Notes: generated by a model not told the origin, from the sequence alone. 48,143 nt of DNA from Microgenomates group bacterium GW2011_GWF2_46_18 (GCA_001002415.1 LCMB01000006.1:1-48143), one strand, 5' to 3'; numbered from the stretch's first letter, positions 8,862-18,583 are shown. Program-made: numbers and translations.

Positions 8862-11413
8862 GGCGTCGCCGAAGCCGAAGCGGTCGGTGAAGGCACAAAA
8901 TTCCACTCCATCTTCACCCCGATTCTTATCTTAGTTTCTGTCTCACTCCCATCCTTTGTGCGTACCTTCCCCATAAGCTCATATGTTCCATCCGGTAAAG
9001 TTATATTTGTCACTACCAATTTCTCATTTCCAAAACTCTCGATCTCACTCCCATTTTTGTATAACTTAACCCACTCAATTTCTTTGCTAGTGGTTATTCT
9101 CAGTCTTACCTCAAAAGTATTATTGTCAATTTTGCTTTCATTTGTTGGTTTCTCAAACCCGATTACTGTCTCCGTGTTGGCAGTGCAATATTCCCGTGGC
9201 ACCTTAAACTTAGCGTCTCCCTGTGAGTCAATCCAAGCCCAAATATCGTCCTGCCAAGCCGAACTTTCATTAGCCAAAACATAATATTCCTTTTCGTTAT
9301 ACTCTCCTCGTGCTACGTCCACCTCAGTCGCCAGTCTATTTTCATCCGCGCGACAAACCTTCACTTTTGTATGAATCGGATCCGGCTCAGTCGGGATCGT
9401 TCCTCGGATAAAATAATCCGCTCGGGCTAAATATCCATCGTGTTCTGGATAACCAGACACCGTATCGACCTGTCTGGCTTCCACCCCAGTTGGGACACTA
9501 AACTCGCTTCCCTTATATTTTTCCCAAGTCTTAAGCATAATCTTTCGCCAAATTGGCGATGCTCCGGTCACTCCCGAGGCCACCTCCTTCATTGCTGAGT
9601 TATCGTTATTTCCCACCCACACCCCAACCACTGCCCCCGTACTCCATCCAATCGTCCAGTTATCCCGCTTGTCATTGGTTGTCCCGGTCTTAACTGCAAT
9701 TGGTCGCCCGCTCATATTCAAATAACTATTTGGTCCAAAGGTGAGTAAGCGCGCATTGTTGTCATACAGCACGTGATTGATCAAAAATGCCACTTCTTCT
9801 GTCAAAACTCGCTTTTTCTGAGGTTCTCTTGTCTCAAAAATTGTCTTCCCATTCTTCTCCACTTTCAAAATCGAAATCGGCGTCACCCGCTCACCTCCGT
9901 TCGCAAACACCGCATAACTTCTCACCAAATCAAACAGTCTAACTTCTCCGCCTCCCAAGGTTACCGACAACCCAAAGCGTTTCATATTTTCGGTAGTCGG
10001 TGCCAAAGTCTCCAGTCCCATATCGTAGGCAGTTTGTAGCATATCGCGCAGTCCGATCAACGACAGTAATTTAACCGCCGGGATATTCAAAGACGAGCCT
10101 AATGCAAAGCGAAGCTGTACCGGTCCATGAAACTTGCCATCATAATTCCTTGGTTCATAAAATTCCTCGGCCGTTGCTCCCGGAAACTTGGTCGGCACAT
10201 CGAGTAGCATACTCGAAGGTGAGTAGCCTTTGGTAAAGGCAGTCGCATAGGTTACTGGCTTGATCGCACTTCCTGGTTGGCGCAGGGACATGACTACATT
10301 GACCTTCCCATCATAATCCTCGGCAAAATAATTTTTAGATCCCACCATGGCCAAGACTTCTCCATTTTGCGGATTTATGACCATTGCCGCCCCATTCCCG
10401 ATCTTCATACTCGCCAGCTTGTCGATTTCTTCGGTCACCGTCGTTTGGGCAAAATCCTGCAATTCAGAATCGAGAGTAGTTGTCACTGTATATCCACCTT
10501 CTTCTACTACCGCTTCTCCCAAAAGTTCAACCAGCTGTTCTTTCACGTAAAACACAAAGTGAGGAGCTGTAATCGCCACCGATTGATCACGAAACTCGGC
10601 TTTGGGTAACTCGGATACACTCAATTCTTCCGCTTGCTTATCAATGTATCCATCCTCCCGCATCCGTCGTAGAACCGCGGTCGCTCGAGCCACATAAGCT
10701 TGGTTATCCGTTCCGTATGGCGAATAGCGTGACGGAGCTTGCGGCATTCCTGCCAAAATCGCAGCTTGAGTCAGGGTCAAATCTCTCGGCTCCTTGCCAA
10801 AATAGCGCTCACTTGCCGCTGCTATCCCCACCGCCGTCCCTCCATATGGCGCTTCGTTTAAGTACATCGTCAGAATTTCGTCTTTACTAAATTTCTTCTC
10901 AATTTGCAGTGCCAATACCAACTCCTTAAACTTGCGGACCAGTGATCTGTCCGACGTTAACAGTACATTTTTAACTAGCTGTTGAGTCAAAGTACTGCCG
11001 CCCTGAGCTCGACCTCTCGTCACCCCCCGTGATAGTCCTCTAATCATTCCCCACATACTAAAACCTTCGTGGGAATAAAATTCCTTATCTTCAATCGCGA
11101 TCGTGGCTTGTTGCATCACCTGAGGAATTTCCGTCAAAGCCACTGGAAGTCGATTGTAATCCGTGTACAAGTCATACAGAGTCTTACCCTCCCGGTCGAC
11201 TATCTTAGTGCTAAATCCTTCTCTTCTGACCACTTTATTAGGATTAGGCAGCGAGGCTGCCGTCCAAGCAAACAAAATAATGACTAAAATAATTCCGGCT
11301 AAAACTCCAAACAACGCCAGAATTCCCAAATTTTTTAATATTGTCTGTCTATCCCACCTCCGCCTCCGATTCCCCATCCGCCGCTGATTCCACACTTGCT
11401 TCCACTCCTGCAT
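8858..11413 (-). CDS. class A penicillin-binding protein (PBP1A family) with C-terminal Ig-like domain
   Basis: N-terminal TM; transglycosylase motifs EDKEFYSHEG, GGSTLTQQLVKN, RKFKE; transpeptidase motifs SAIK, SLN, KTGT. Confidence 0.95.
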   Translation of the reverse strand: MQEWKQVWNQRRMGNRRRRWDRQTILKNLGILALFGVLAGIILVIILFAWTAASLPNPNKVVRREGFSTKIVDREGKTLYDLYTDYNRLPVALTEIPQVMQQATIAIEDKEFYSHEGFSMWGMIRGLSRGVTRGRAQGGSTLTQQLVKNVLLTSDRSLVRKFKELVLALQIEKKFSKDEILTMYLNEAPYGGTAVGIAAASERYFGKEPRDLTLTQAAILAGMPQAPSRYSPYGTDNQAYVARATAVLRRMREDGYIDKQAEELSVSELPKAEFRDQSVAITAPHFVFYVKEQLVELLGEAVVEEGGYTVTTTLDSELQDFAQTTVTEEIDKLASMKIGNGAAMVINPQNGEVLAMVGSKNYFAEDYDGKVNVVMSLRQPGSAIKPVTYATAFTKGYSPSSMLLDVPTKFPGATAEEFYEPRNYDGKFHGPVQLRFALGSSLNIPAVKLLSLIGLRDMLQTAYDMGLETLAPTTENMKRFGLSVTLGGGEVRLFDLVRSYAVFANGGERVTPISILKVEKNGKTIFETREPQKKRVLTEEVAFLINHVLYDNNARLLTFGPNSYLNMSGRPIAVKTGTTNDKRDNWTIGWSTGAVVGVWVGNNDNSAMKEVASGVTGASPIWRKIMLKTWEKYKGSEFSVPTGVEARQVDTVSGYPEHDGYLARADYFIRGTIPTEPDPIHTKVKVCRADENRLATEVDVARGEYNEKEYYVLANESSAWQDDIWAWIDSQGDAKFKVPREYCTANTETVIGFEKPTNESKIDNNTFEVRLRITTSKEIEWVKLYKNGSEIESFGNEKLVVTNITLPDGTYELMGKVRTKDGSETETKIRIGVKMEWNFVPSPTASASATP

Positions 11414-11451
11414 AGCTTAGAGTATAACCCGAACCAGTTACCAGAGCAAAT

Positions 11452-11479
11452 TTGACACAGCAAAAAATAGTGTTATATT
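11452..11479 (+). promoter_or_regulatory. sigma70-type promoter of the T-box leader
   Basis: TTGACA (11452-11457), 16 nt spacer, extended -10 TGtTATATT (11471-11479). Confidence 0.7.
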
Positions 11480-11498
11480 TATAGGACAAGTTAATAGG

Positions 11499-11778
11499 AA
11501 AGCGTTGATGGAGCCAATAGTAGGCTTGAGCGGGTAATCAGAAAGATGTCGGTTGCTGCAAGACATCCAAGAACTCAAGTCCGAATTTACTCTCCGAAGC
11601 AGGTCTGACAAAATCAGACACGGTAGTCCCCGTAATCAGACTAAGATGTGTCACACAAGAAACAGAGCATCTGGAAATGAGGTTACTCTCAGTTATTTCA
11701 GATCCCGTGTTTAGCGGGATTTTTTATAGCTAAAAGTAACGAAGCAGGGTTGGTATCGCCGCACTTGCAGGCCCCTGT
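11499..11778 (+). promoter_or_regulatory. T-box riboswitch, Tyr (UAC) specifier
   Basis: Stem I with GA/K-turn base (GCGTTGATGGAG...CTCCGAAGC), AGTA/GAA loop-E, AGAAAG bulge and GGTTGCTG apical loop. Specifier TAC at 11588-11590. Stem II GTCTGA/TCAGAC; stem IIA/B ACGG-TAGTC-CCGT...GACT. Antiterminator CAGGG-T-TGGTATC-GCC...GGC-CCCTG. tyrS lies downstream. Confidence 0.9.
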
Positions 11779-11819
11779 CTACTCCCAATTATGGTTGGTG
11801 GTAGGCAGGGGCTTATTTG
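11771..11819 (+). terminator. T-box attenuator (intrinsic terminator)
   Basis: GCCCCTGTCTAC...GTAGGCAGGGGC followed by TTATTTG; mutually exclusive with the antiterminator 3' strand. Confidence 0.85.
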
Positions 11820-11836
11820 TTATTAAAAGGATATCT

Positions 11837-12796
11837 ATGAACAAGACACACCCGGAAATCGAAGTGATGCCTCCTGGCACTCTTCCTCCGGCAGATACGG
11901 CCACACATATGATTTCTCTACTTAGGGCTGTCTACGTCAATCATGGCATTGCTAACCGGGTTAGAGATATTACTCGCGATATCGAATCGGGGAATCTGCA
12001 AACTTGGCTAGCCAAAAGAGAAGGTCAATTAGTGGCTACGGCCTCTCTCGTCCATCAACCAAACGGCGATGTAGAGATAGGACGAGCTGTCTCGCTAGAA
12101 AAAGGTAATGGCAAATTGCTTATGCTCCTAGCCAGTCTTGCCCACCTTAAAAATAATTCAGACGCACCTATCGTAGCAGAAGTTCGGGCTGCAGAACAAT
12201 TCGGTGGTATTCCCTCTGGAGAAGCAACTCAACATATTTGCTTCGAACTTTTAGATCTAGTGCCTCATGCGCTGGCGCCGTTCTTTAACCATGGAGGGCC
12301 CGTCCGCAATGAAAGTTTTATTCTGGCCCGAAGCGATCGGCAACCAGGGCGAACAGCCACCGAAATGGTGCTGTCCACGCTGACCAATCGAGATCTACGG
12401 GGGAGAGTCCAGAGAGTCAAACTAGTTCAGGATGAACCTTTTCAAATCATAGTTCCCGACACCAACGGGTCAACATTGTCCGAAATCTGGACTGCCAAAG
12501 ATATACAGTTTAAAGAAGGGTTCACTCTCTTCCCCATAGAAGTAACCGATGCCAATCTCGCATTAGTGGGTACTTTACTCACCAACCCGCGTATTGTCAT
12601 GTGTGGGATCGACCACCGTCAGGGAGAAAACGGCAAACCCATTATCTTATTCGGGACCGTTGGCAAAGACACGAAAGTTGCTCCTTCCAAAATTACCGAC
12701 GCACTTGCGCCTGCTGTCCGTCGCGACCTCCAAATATTGCCGATCAGTTTACCCAGCTTGGCAATCAAGATCTCAACACGACCGGCCATGGTCTGA
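11837..12796 (+). CDS. GNAT-fold-like hypothetical protein, apparently frameshifted near the 3' end (restored end 12846)
   Basis: ATG 11837 with AAAGGA RBS just after the terminator. WLAKREGQLVATASL...VEIGRAVSLEKGNGKLLM resembles the GNAT core and motif A. A -1 shift at ~12733 continues DLQ-NIADQFTQLG... to a TGA overlapping the next ATG. Confidence 0.65.
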   Translation: MNKTHPEIEVMPPGTLPPADTATHMISLLRAVYVNHGIANRVRDITRDIESGNLQTWLAKREGQLVATASLVHQPNGDVEIGRAVSLEKGNGKLLMLLASLAHLKNNSDAPIVAEVRAAEQFGGIPSGEATQHICFELLDLVPHALAPFFNHGGPVRNESFILARSDRQPGRTATEMVLSTLTNRDLRGRVQRVKLVQDEPFQIIVPDTNGSTLSEIWTAKDIQFKEGFTLFPIEVTDANLALVGTLLTNPRIVMCGIDHRQGENGKPIILFGTVGKDTKVAPSKITDALAPAVRRDLQILPISLPSLAIKISTRPAMV

Positions 12797-12842
12797 GTGG
12801 GTTTTGGACAGATAAGGACGGCAAAATTTGGGGGAACTGGTC

Positions 12843-13910
12843 ATGAATAATCATTCCGTCTCATCCATTCTCCAAAAGCTTATCCACATCCCCTCGGTCA
12901 CGGGGGATACGAAAGCATGCAAACAAATCATCCACGAAGCTCACCATGTCTTAAATCTGCAGAAAGTTAAATCAAAGGTAATATCGCTACACAAAAAACC
13001 CATCCTTATCTGGGGAGAGCTCGATTTAGGGAAAACCACTTGGCTCATCAATTCTCATCTTGATGTCGTGCCAGGTAAGCCCTCTCAATTTATTCCCAAA
13101 GTCAGCAAGGGAAAAATTTGGGGTAGAGGCTCTGCAGACACCAAAAGTAGCTGCGCCATCATCCTCGCCAATTCTAAGCACTGGGTTTCACTGGCAAACG
13201 ACAAACATATAACTTTTATGTTAGTTGTTGATGAGGAAGTTGGAGGTGATACCACCAAACTTGTTTTACAAAAAATGCCCAAGTTAAAAGGGGGCATATT
13301 TTTCGAACCCACTAATGAACAAATGATCGTTCATGCGAAGGGAATTATTCAATTAAAAATTATTGCAGAAGGAAAAGCATGTCATGGCTCTCGGCCCTGG
13401 GGAGGGGATAATGCTCTCGAAAAATTGACCCATTCTCTAACTAAGTTCCGCCTCAAGCATCCTACTCCTACTCACGAAACTAGATCAACTACCTTCAACT
13501 TCTCTTTGCTGTCCGGTGGCACTGCTATTAATCAAGTCCCAGAGTCTGCTACTCTCTGGTGCGACATCAGGTGGAATCCACAGGATGATCCGCAAACAAT
13601 TATTTCTGATCTAAAGAAAATATTCCAAGACTGTAAAGTTAAAATTCTCAAACTTGAATCCCCGATCAATTGTTCACATAGAAGTAAGTTGTGTGAATCA
13701 TTCGTCCTTTCACTCAAAACCAATTCGATCAATCCAATTTTTGGTTTCGAACACGGTAGTTCAGACGCACGACACGCTACAGCGCGAAATATCCCAGCCA
13801 TAGTCTTTGGCCCAGTAGGAAAAAATCTTCATGGTCCAAACGAGTGGGTGAGTGAAAAAAGTTTAAGTAAAGTGCAAATGGTATTAGATCACTGGATTAA
13901 AAATATTTGA
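12843..13910 (+). CDS. M20 family metallopeptidase/deacylase (ArgE/DapE-like)
   Basis: SHLDVVP, GRGSADTKS, DEEVGG, FEPT, GKACHGSRPW, GSSDARH, HGPNE. ATG 12843 forms an ATGA overlap with the restored upstream stop. Confidence 0.92.
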   Translation: MNNHSVSSILQKLIHIPSVTGDTKACKQIIHEAHHVLNLQKVKSKVISLHKKPILIWGELDLGKTTWLINSHLDVVPGKPSQFIPKVSKGKIWGRGSADTKSSCAIILANSKHWVSLANDKHITFMLVVDEEVGGDTTKLVLQKMPKLKGGIFFEPTNEQMIVHAKGIIQLKIIAEGKACHGSRPWGGDNALEKLTHSLTKFRLKHPTPTHETRSTTFNFSLLSGGTAINQVPESATLWCDIRWNPQDDPQTIISDLKKIFQDCKVKILKLESPINCSHRSKLCESFVLSLKTNSINPIFGFEHGSSDARHATARNIPAIVFGPVGKNLHGPNEWVSEKSLSKVQMVLDHWIKNI

Positions 13911-13928
13911 TACAATACTAGGAGTCCT

Positions 13929-15080
13929 ATGAAAACCAATAAAGATCTTTTAACTCGTCGCGTCGCCAAGATTCTCCCTTCTAAAGAGGGGTTGGAAAAA
14001 TTAATCACCGGCAAAAAAATCCGTCTCTATCAAGGAGTAGACCCTACCTTCAAAAATCTCCATCTCGGTCATACCATCGGTTTCCGCAAACTTATGGACT
14101 TTGCCAATGCCGGCCACGAAGTTATTCTCCTCTTTGGCACCGGGACCGTCCTCGTCGGTGATCCCAGCTTGCGAGACACCGGCCGCAAGCTCATCACTCC
14201 CGAAGAGGTCGAAGCCAATATTCAGGAATGGAAAAATCAGGTTTCGCCCATTATCGACTTTGACAAGGTCGAGGTTCGCCAGAACGGTGACTGGCTTACC
14301 AAGATGACTCTCAAAGACATTATTCATGTCGCCAGTAACATCAGTGCCGTTCAACTTTTTAAACGAGACTCTTTCACCCGTCGGATCGCTAAAAACGATC
14401 CTGTCTGGTATCACGAAACCATGTACCCCTTACTCCAAGGTTACGATTCCGTTGTTATGGATGTGGATCTTGAAATTGGCGGCACCGATCAAGAATTTAA
14501 CATGCTCGTAGGGCGTGAACTCCAACGGAAAATGAACAACCGCGAAAAATACGTGCTTACCGTCCCCATGATTCTCGGTACCGATGGCAAAACTATGAGC
14601 AAATCCTCCGGCAATTGTATTTGGCTAACCGACACGGCCGAAGAGATGTACCGCAAAATTATGGCCGTCCAGGATGATCTCATCACCACCTACTTTGAGC
14701 TTTTGACCAATGTTTCCCTAGAGGAAGTTGATGCTCTAGACCCCACCCAACCGGTAGAGAACAAGAAAAAGCTAGCCTTTGATATTACTAAGCAATTTCA
14801 TGGGGAAGATGGCGCCCAAACAGCGGCCCGTCATTTCGAAACCGTGGTTCAACCTAAAGGGATTGATCCCTCCCAATCACCGATTACTCTGAAAGCCAAC
14901 CTCTTCGAAACGTTAAAAACCGCTGATCTTGGAGTGAGCAATAGCGACATCAAGCGCACCATCGAACAGGGAGGTGTAGAAATTGATGGCCAGAAAATTA
15001 CCGATCCTTTATCAGTCGTTTCGGGTAGTGAACTCAAATTTGGCAAGTCTATTCGCCGTCGCCTCGTAACTGGAGATTAA
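13929..15080 (+). CDS. tyrS: tyrosine--tRNA ligase
   Basis: GVDPT...LHLGH (HIGH), YPLLQGYD, GGTDQEFN, TMSKS (KMSKS), C-terminal S4-like domain; AGGAG RBS. Confidence 0.98.
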   Translation: MKTNKDLLTRRVAKILPSKEGLEKLITGKKIRLYQGVDPTFKNLHLGHTIGFRKLMDFANAGHEVILLFGTGTVLVGDPSLRDTGRKLITPEEVEANIQEWKNQVSPIIDFDKVEVRQNGDWLTKMTLKDIIHVASNISAVQLFKRDSFTRRIAKNDPVWYHETMYPLLQGYDSVVMDVDLEIGGTDQEFNMLVGRELQRKMNNREKYVLTVPMILGTDGKTMSKSSGNCIWLTDTAEEMYRKIMAVQDDLITTYFELLTNVSLEEVDALDPTQPVENKKKLAFDITKQFHGEDGAQTAARHFETVVQPKGIDPSQSPITLKANLFETLKTADLGVSNSDIKRTIEQGGVEIDGQKITDPLSVVSGSELKFGKSIRRRLVTGD

Positions 15081-15083
15081 AAT

Positions 15084-15185
15084 ATGACTCTAACCAAAAA
15101 ACAGCGCAAAATCTGGACTATCATCACCGCGATCTCCACTCTGGCCCTCATTTCCATGTCTTTCGCCCCCTTTTTCTTTGGCTAA
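15084..15185 (+). CDS. small single-TM protein (33 aa, DUF4044-like pattern)
   Basis: MTLTKKQRKIWTIITAISTLALISMSFAPFFFG*: basic N-terminus plus a hydrophobic helix; exactly fills the tyrS-recG gap. Not in the ORF track. Confidence 0.65.
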   Translation: MTLTKKQRKIWTIITAISTLALISMSFAPFFFG

Positions 15186-15200
15186 GCTATACTTGAATAC

Positions 15201-17111
15201 ATGGAATTAATCGATCTTCCTGGGGTAGGGGAGAAGACTCTTCACCTTCTTAATCTTCACGGGATTACTACCATCCCCCAACTCTTAATCTACTATCCTC
15301 GCACCTATCGCACGTACTACGCTAAAACTGCCAAGACCGTACTACAGGGTGAGTGGGTCAGCCTCCAAGGCCAATTATCTCGTCCCGTAAGCCATCACAC
15401 CGGCCGCGTGAGTACTCAGCTGAGCACTTTCCGTGACGAAACTGGCACTCTCACCATCCGTTGGTTTAATTCACCCTTTGTGACCCGTTCAGTCTCACCC
15501 GCTACCACCTACTTAGTTCGCGGTCAGCTCGATTCCTTCTCCGGCCGACTCCAAATAGTAAATCCCCAGCTGACCAAACTTAGGTTGGAGAATCCCTCCT
15601 TGCCGATCGACGAAATCCAGCCTATTTACACCCCGCTCGGCACTCTCAAATCTGGTCACCTCCGTAATTTAATTAAATCTGCCCTGGACCATCTTTCTCC
15701 TGACCCGCTTCCTCTAGCCATTCAAAACCGCTATTCTCTTCTCGATTTTGCCACAACCATTCGCTCAATCCACTTTCCCTCATCAAAGTCCGATCTCGAA
15801 AATGCCATTCACCGTTTAGCCTTTGATGAACTTTTTGCTCTTCAAAAAGAGGCACTCAAAAATCGCGAATTGGCTCAAGTTCCAACTCTTCCTCTCTCCC
15901 TCAACCAACCCGAGCTAGCCGATTTTATCGCTTCGCTTCCCTTTACCCCAACCGCCGCCCAATCCCGGGTGATTCAGGAAATTACCGCCGACCTCTCCCA
16001 ACCTCTCGCCATGCATCGCCTACTATCTGGCGAAGTGGGGAGTGGCAAAACCTTAGTTGCCGCCTACTCAGCACTTCTCACCCACTACTCTTCTCGCCGC
16101 ACCCTACTCATGGCTCCTACCCAAATTCTTGCCGAGCAACTCTTTGCCAACTTCTCTTCTCTTCTTGGCTCCCGCTGTACTCTTTCCCTCCTCACCAGTG
16201 TAAGCAAGGGGGATGTGGATGCCGACATCGTGATCGGCACTCACGCTTTGCTCAAACAAATCTCCAACTTCCACAATATCGGTCTTGTTATTATTGACGA
16301 ACAGCATCGCTTTGGGGTCGATCAGCGCTTACTCCTAACCAAACTTAATCCCGCCCCCCATTTTTTGATGATGACCGCGACCCCCATCCCTCGCACTCTC
16401 GCTATGACTGTCTTTAGTCATCTTTCGCTTTCCCGCTTGGACGAACTCCCCCAAAACCGTCTTCCCGTCAAAACCTACCATGTTACCGAAGACAAACGAG
16501 TTGCCGCCTACGACTGGATCCGCCAGGAAGTTCTTACTCATCAAAACCAGGCTTTTGTCGTCGTCCCCTTGATTGATCAAGCCGAAGACGACGAGACCTC
16601 CGCCACCCAATCACTCAAAAAACTAGAAAAAGATCTCTCCGCTCGCTTCCCCGATCTCGTTGTTGATATTATGCACGGGAGAATGAAAGGTAGTGAAAAA
16701 ACTGCTCATCTGCAAGCTTTCCGAGACGGCCACACCCAAATCCTCGTTGCCACCAGCATGATTGAAGTTGGTCTTGATATCCCCGAAGCCAATATTATGG
16801 TTATCGAAAATGCCGATCGCTTTGGTTTAGCTACCCTGCATCAGCTTCGAGGTCGAGTCGGTCGCGGTGGCAAACAAGGCCACTGTCTCCTCTTTGCGCA
16901 TCAGCCTAGCGAGAAAGCGCTGGCGCGTCTTGCCTATTTTGTCCGGGAAAAGGACGGTGCCAAACTGGCCGAATTTGATCTTGCTTCCCGTGGCCCTGGT
17001 GAACTCTACGGTACTACTCAGCATGGTTTCTTCTCCCTCCGTTTTGCCTCTATCTATGATCAAGCTTTATTGCGCCAAACTGCCGAAGCTGTTAAAATGC
17101 TCTCTATATGA
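15201..17111 (+). CDS. recG: ATP-dependent DNA helicase RecG
   Basis: Wedge OB domain; RLLSGEVGSGKT, MAPTQILAEQ, IIDEQHRFGV, MTATPIPRTL, LHQLRGRVGRG, RGPGE. Confidence 0.97.
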   Translation: MELIDLPGVGEKTLHLLNLHGITTIPQLLIYYPRTYRTYYAKTAKTVLQGEWVSLQGQLSRPVSHHTGRVSTQLSTFRDETGTLTIRWFNSPFVTRSVSPATTYLVRGQLDSFSGRLQIVNPQLTKLRLENPSLPIDEIQPIYTPLGTLKSGHLRNLIKSALDHLSPDPLPLAIQNRYSLLDFATTIRSIHFPSSKSDLENAIHRLAFDELFALQKEALKNRELAQVPTLPLSLNQPELADFIASLPFTPTAAQSRVIQEITADLSQPLAMHRLLSGEVGSGKTLVAAYSALLTHYSSRRTLLMAPTQILAEQLFANFSSLLGSRCTLSLLTSVSKGDVDADIVIGTHALLKQISNFHNIGLVIIDEQHRFGVDQRLLLTKLNPAPHFLMMTATPIPRTLAMTVFSHLSLSRLDELPQNRLPVKTYHVTEDKRVAAYDWIRQEVLTHQNQAFVVVPLIDQAEDDETSATQSLKKLEKDLSARFPDLVVDIMHGRMKGSEKTAHLQAFRDGHTQILVATSMIEVGLDIPEANIMVIENADRFGLATLHQLRGRVGRGGKQGHCLLFAHQPSEKALARLAYFVREKDGAKLAEFDLASRGPGELYGTTQHGFFSLRFASIYDQALLRQTAEAVKMLSI

Positions 17112-17257
17112 CACCGCTACCCAAACGTCGCTGGTCTACTCGTCGCCAAGGCAAGCGCCGCGCCAGTATCAAACTCCAGCTTCCCCAACTCACCACCTGC
17201 AAAAACTGTGGTCAATCCAAACGTTCCCATTCCCTCTGCGCTAACTGCAACCAATAA
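17108..17257 (+). CDS. rpmF: 50S ribosomal protein L32 (Zn-ribbon type)
   Basis: MTPLPKRRWSTRRQGKRRASIKLQLPQLTTCKNCGQSKRSHSLCANCNQ*. Not in the ORF track. Confidence 0.92.
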   Translation: MTPLPKRRWSTRRQGKRRASIKLQLPQLTTCKNCGQSKRSHSLCANCNQ

Positions 17258-17260
17258 CTC

Positions 17261-17587
17261 ATGAAAACCTCCTCCGACCCTCGTCACAAAAAGAGAATTC
17301 TCCAAGTTCAAGCTCAATTTTCCCAGAGTTTTCACCCTGGTTTTACTACTCCCGTCGATCCCACGATCAGCCTCGCCGCTCCCGAGTGGCCGCTGTCCAA
17401 AATTAACAAAATTGATCTGGCTATTCTGCGAGTTGCTACCGACGAACTTCTCCATTCCGACACTCCTCCCAAAGTAGTGATCGACGAAGCTGTCGAGATC
17501 GCCAAAACCTACGGTACCGAAAGCAGTGCTAGTTTTGTGAATGGTGTCCTTGGCACTATTCTGAAAGGACTTCATGCCGAAAAATAA
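17261..17587 (+). CDS. nusB: transcription antitermination factor NusB (short)
   Basis: DPRHKKRI...[20 protein letters not shown]...[17 protein letters not shown]...FVNGVLG. Confidence 0.93.
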   Translation: MKTSSDPRHKKRILQVQAQFSQSFHPGFTTPVDPTISLAAPEWPLSKINKIDLAILRVATDELLHSDTPPKVVIDEAVEIAKTYGTESSASFVNGVLGTILKGLHAEK

Positions 17588-18269
17588 TCTCGTCCCGCTT
17601 TTATCTCAACTTAACTTAACTCCTAAAAATGAACACTTGATCCACAACGCTTTCGTTCACCGCTCATATCTCAACGAATCCAAAGATTTTGAAGAAAGTA
17701 ATGAACGCCTGGAATACTTAGGAGATGCAGTTCTTGAACTGATTGTTTCTCAATATCTTTTTGAGTCCTATCCCGATTTCCAGGAGGGTATGCTCACTAA
17801 TCTGCGCGCCGCCCTCGTTCGCACCGAAAGTCTCGCACTCGTGGCTACCGAGCTAGGCTTTCCCCCCCTCCTCTTAATGAGTAAAGGCGAAGAAGCTACC
17901 GGCGGCCGCCAAAATATTTCTATCCTCGCCGACACCTTCGAAGCCTTTTTAGGGGCTCTTTATCTCGATCAAGGACTCGTTCCTTGTCAACAAATTCTCG
18001 AAGTTCATCTTCTCCCTCAAACCAAAACCATTCTCAAAACCCAAGCCTACAAGGACAACAAATCACTTCTGCAGGAAATCGCTCAAGCCAGATATAAAGC
18101 AACTCCTCTCTATTCTCTCTTGACCGAATCTGGTCCTGATCATGACAAAAATTTTGTCATGCAAGTGACCATCGATGGCAAGAATTATGCCGAAGGGCAG
18201 GGGAAGAGCAAACAAGCCGCCCAAGAGGACGCCGCTTATCACACCCTTGAGCAGATCACCAAATCTTGA
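17574..18269 (+). CDS. rnc: ribonuclease III
   Basis: [32 protein letters not shown], dsRBD KSLLQE...GPDH...[12 protein letters not shown]. Confidence 0.98.
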   Translation: MPKNNLVPLLSQLNLTPKNEHLIHNAFVHRSYLNESKDFEESNERLEYLGDAVLELIVSQYLFESYPDFQEGMLTNLRAALVRTESLALVATELGFPPLLLMSKGEEATGGRQNISILADTFEAFLGALYLDQGLVPCQQILEVHLLPQTKTILKTQAYKDNKSLLQEIAQARYKATPLYSLLTESGPDHDKNFVMQVTIDGKNYAEGQGKSKQAAQEDAAYHTLEQITKS

Positions 18270-18282
18270 TACAATACCACCT

Positions 18283-18552
18283 ATGCTCAAAATCAAACTC
18301 TCACGCGTCGGCAAAAAGGGACAACCCCAATACCGTATCGTCGTCCAAGAAGAACACAGTAAACTGACCGGAACCAACAAAGCACAGCTCGGATTCTACA
18401 ATCCCAGTACCAACCCCTCCCAAATCAAACTTGATCACACCGCCTATCTTCACTGGCTTAGTCTCGGCGCCCAGCCCACTAGCACCGTCCGTAATCTCGC
18501 CAGTAAAAACGCTCCTGCTGCCAAAAAACCCAAATCAACCAAGAAAATCTAA
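18283..18552 (+). CDS. rpsP: 30S ribosomal protein S16
   Basis: MLKIKLSRVGKKGQPQYRIVV...LGFYNP...WLSLGAQPTSTVRNL; the true start is 18283, not 18175. Confidence 0.96.
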   Translation: MLKIKLSRVGKKGQPQYRIVVQEEHSKLTGTNKAQLGFYNPSTNPSQIKLDHTAYLHWLSLGAQPTSTVRNLASKNAPAAKKPKSTKKI

Positions 18553-18583
18553 CATCTATTATCTATATTAATCAAGGAGCCCC

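Noticed and set aside
11750-11836. ORF-track N-terminal extension of the GNAT-like gene from TTG 11750
   Set aside because: It runs through the T-box antiterminator and terminator; the RBS-supported start is ATG 11837.
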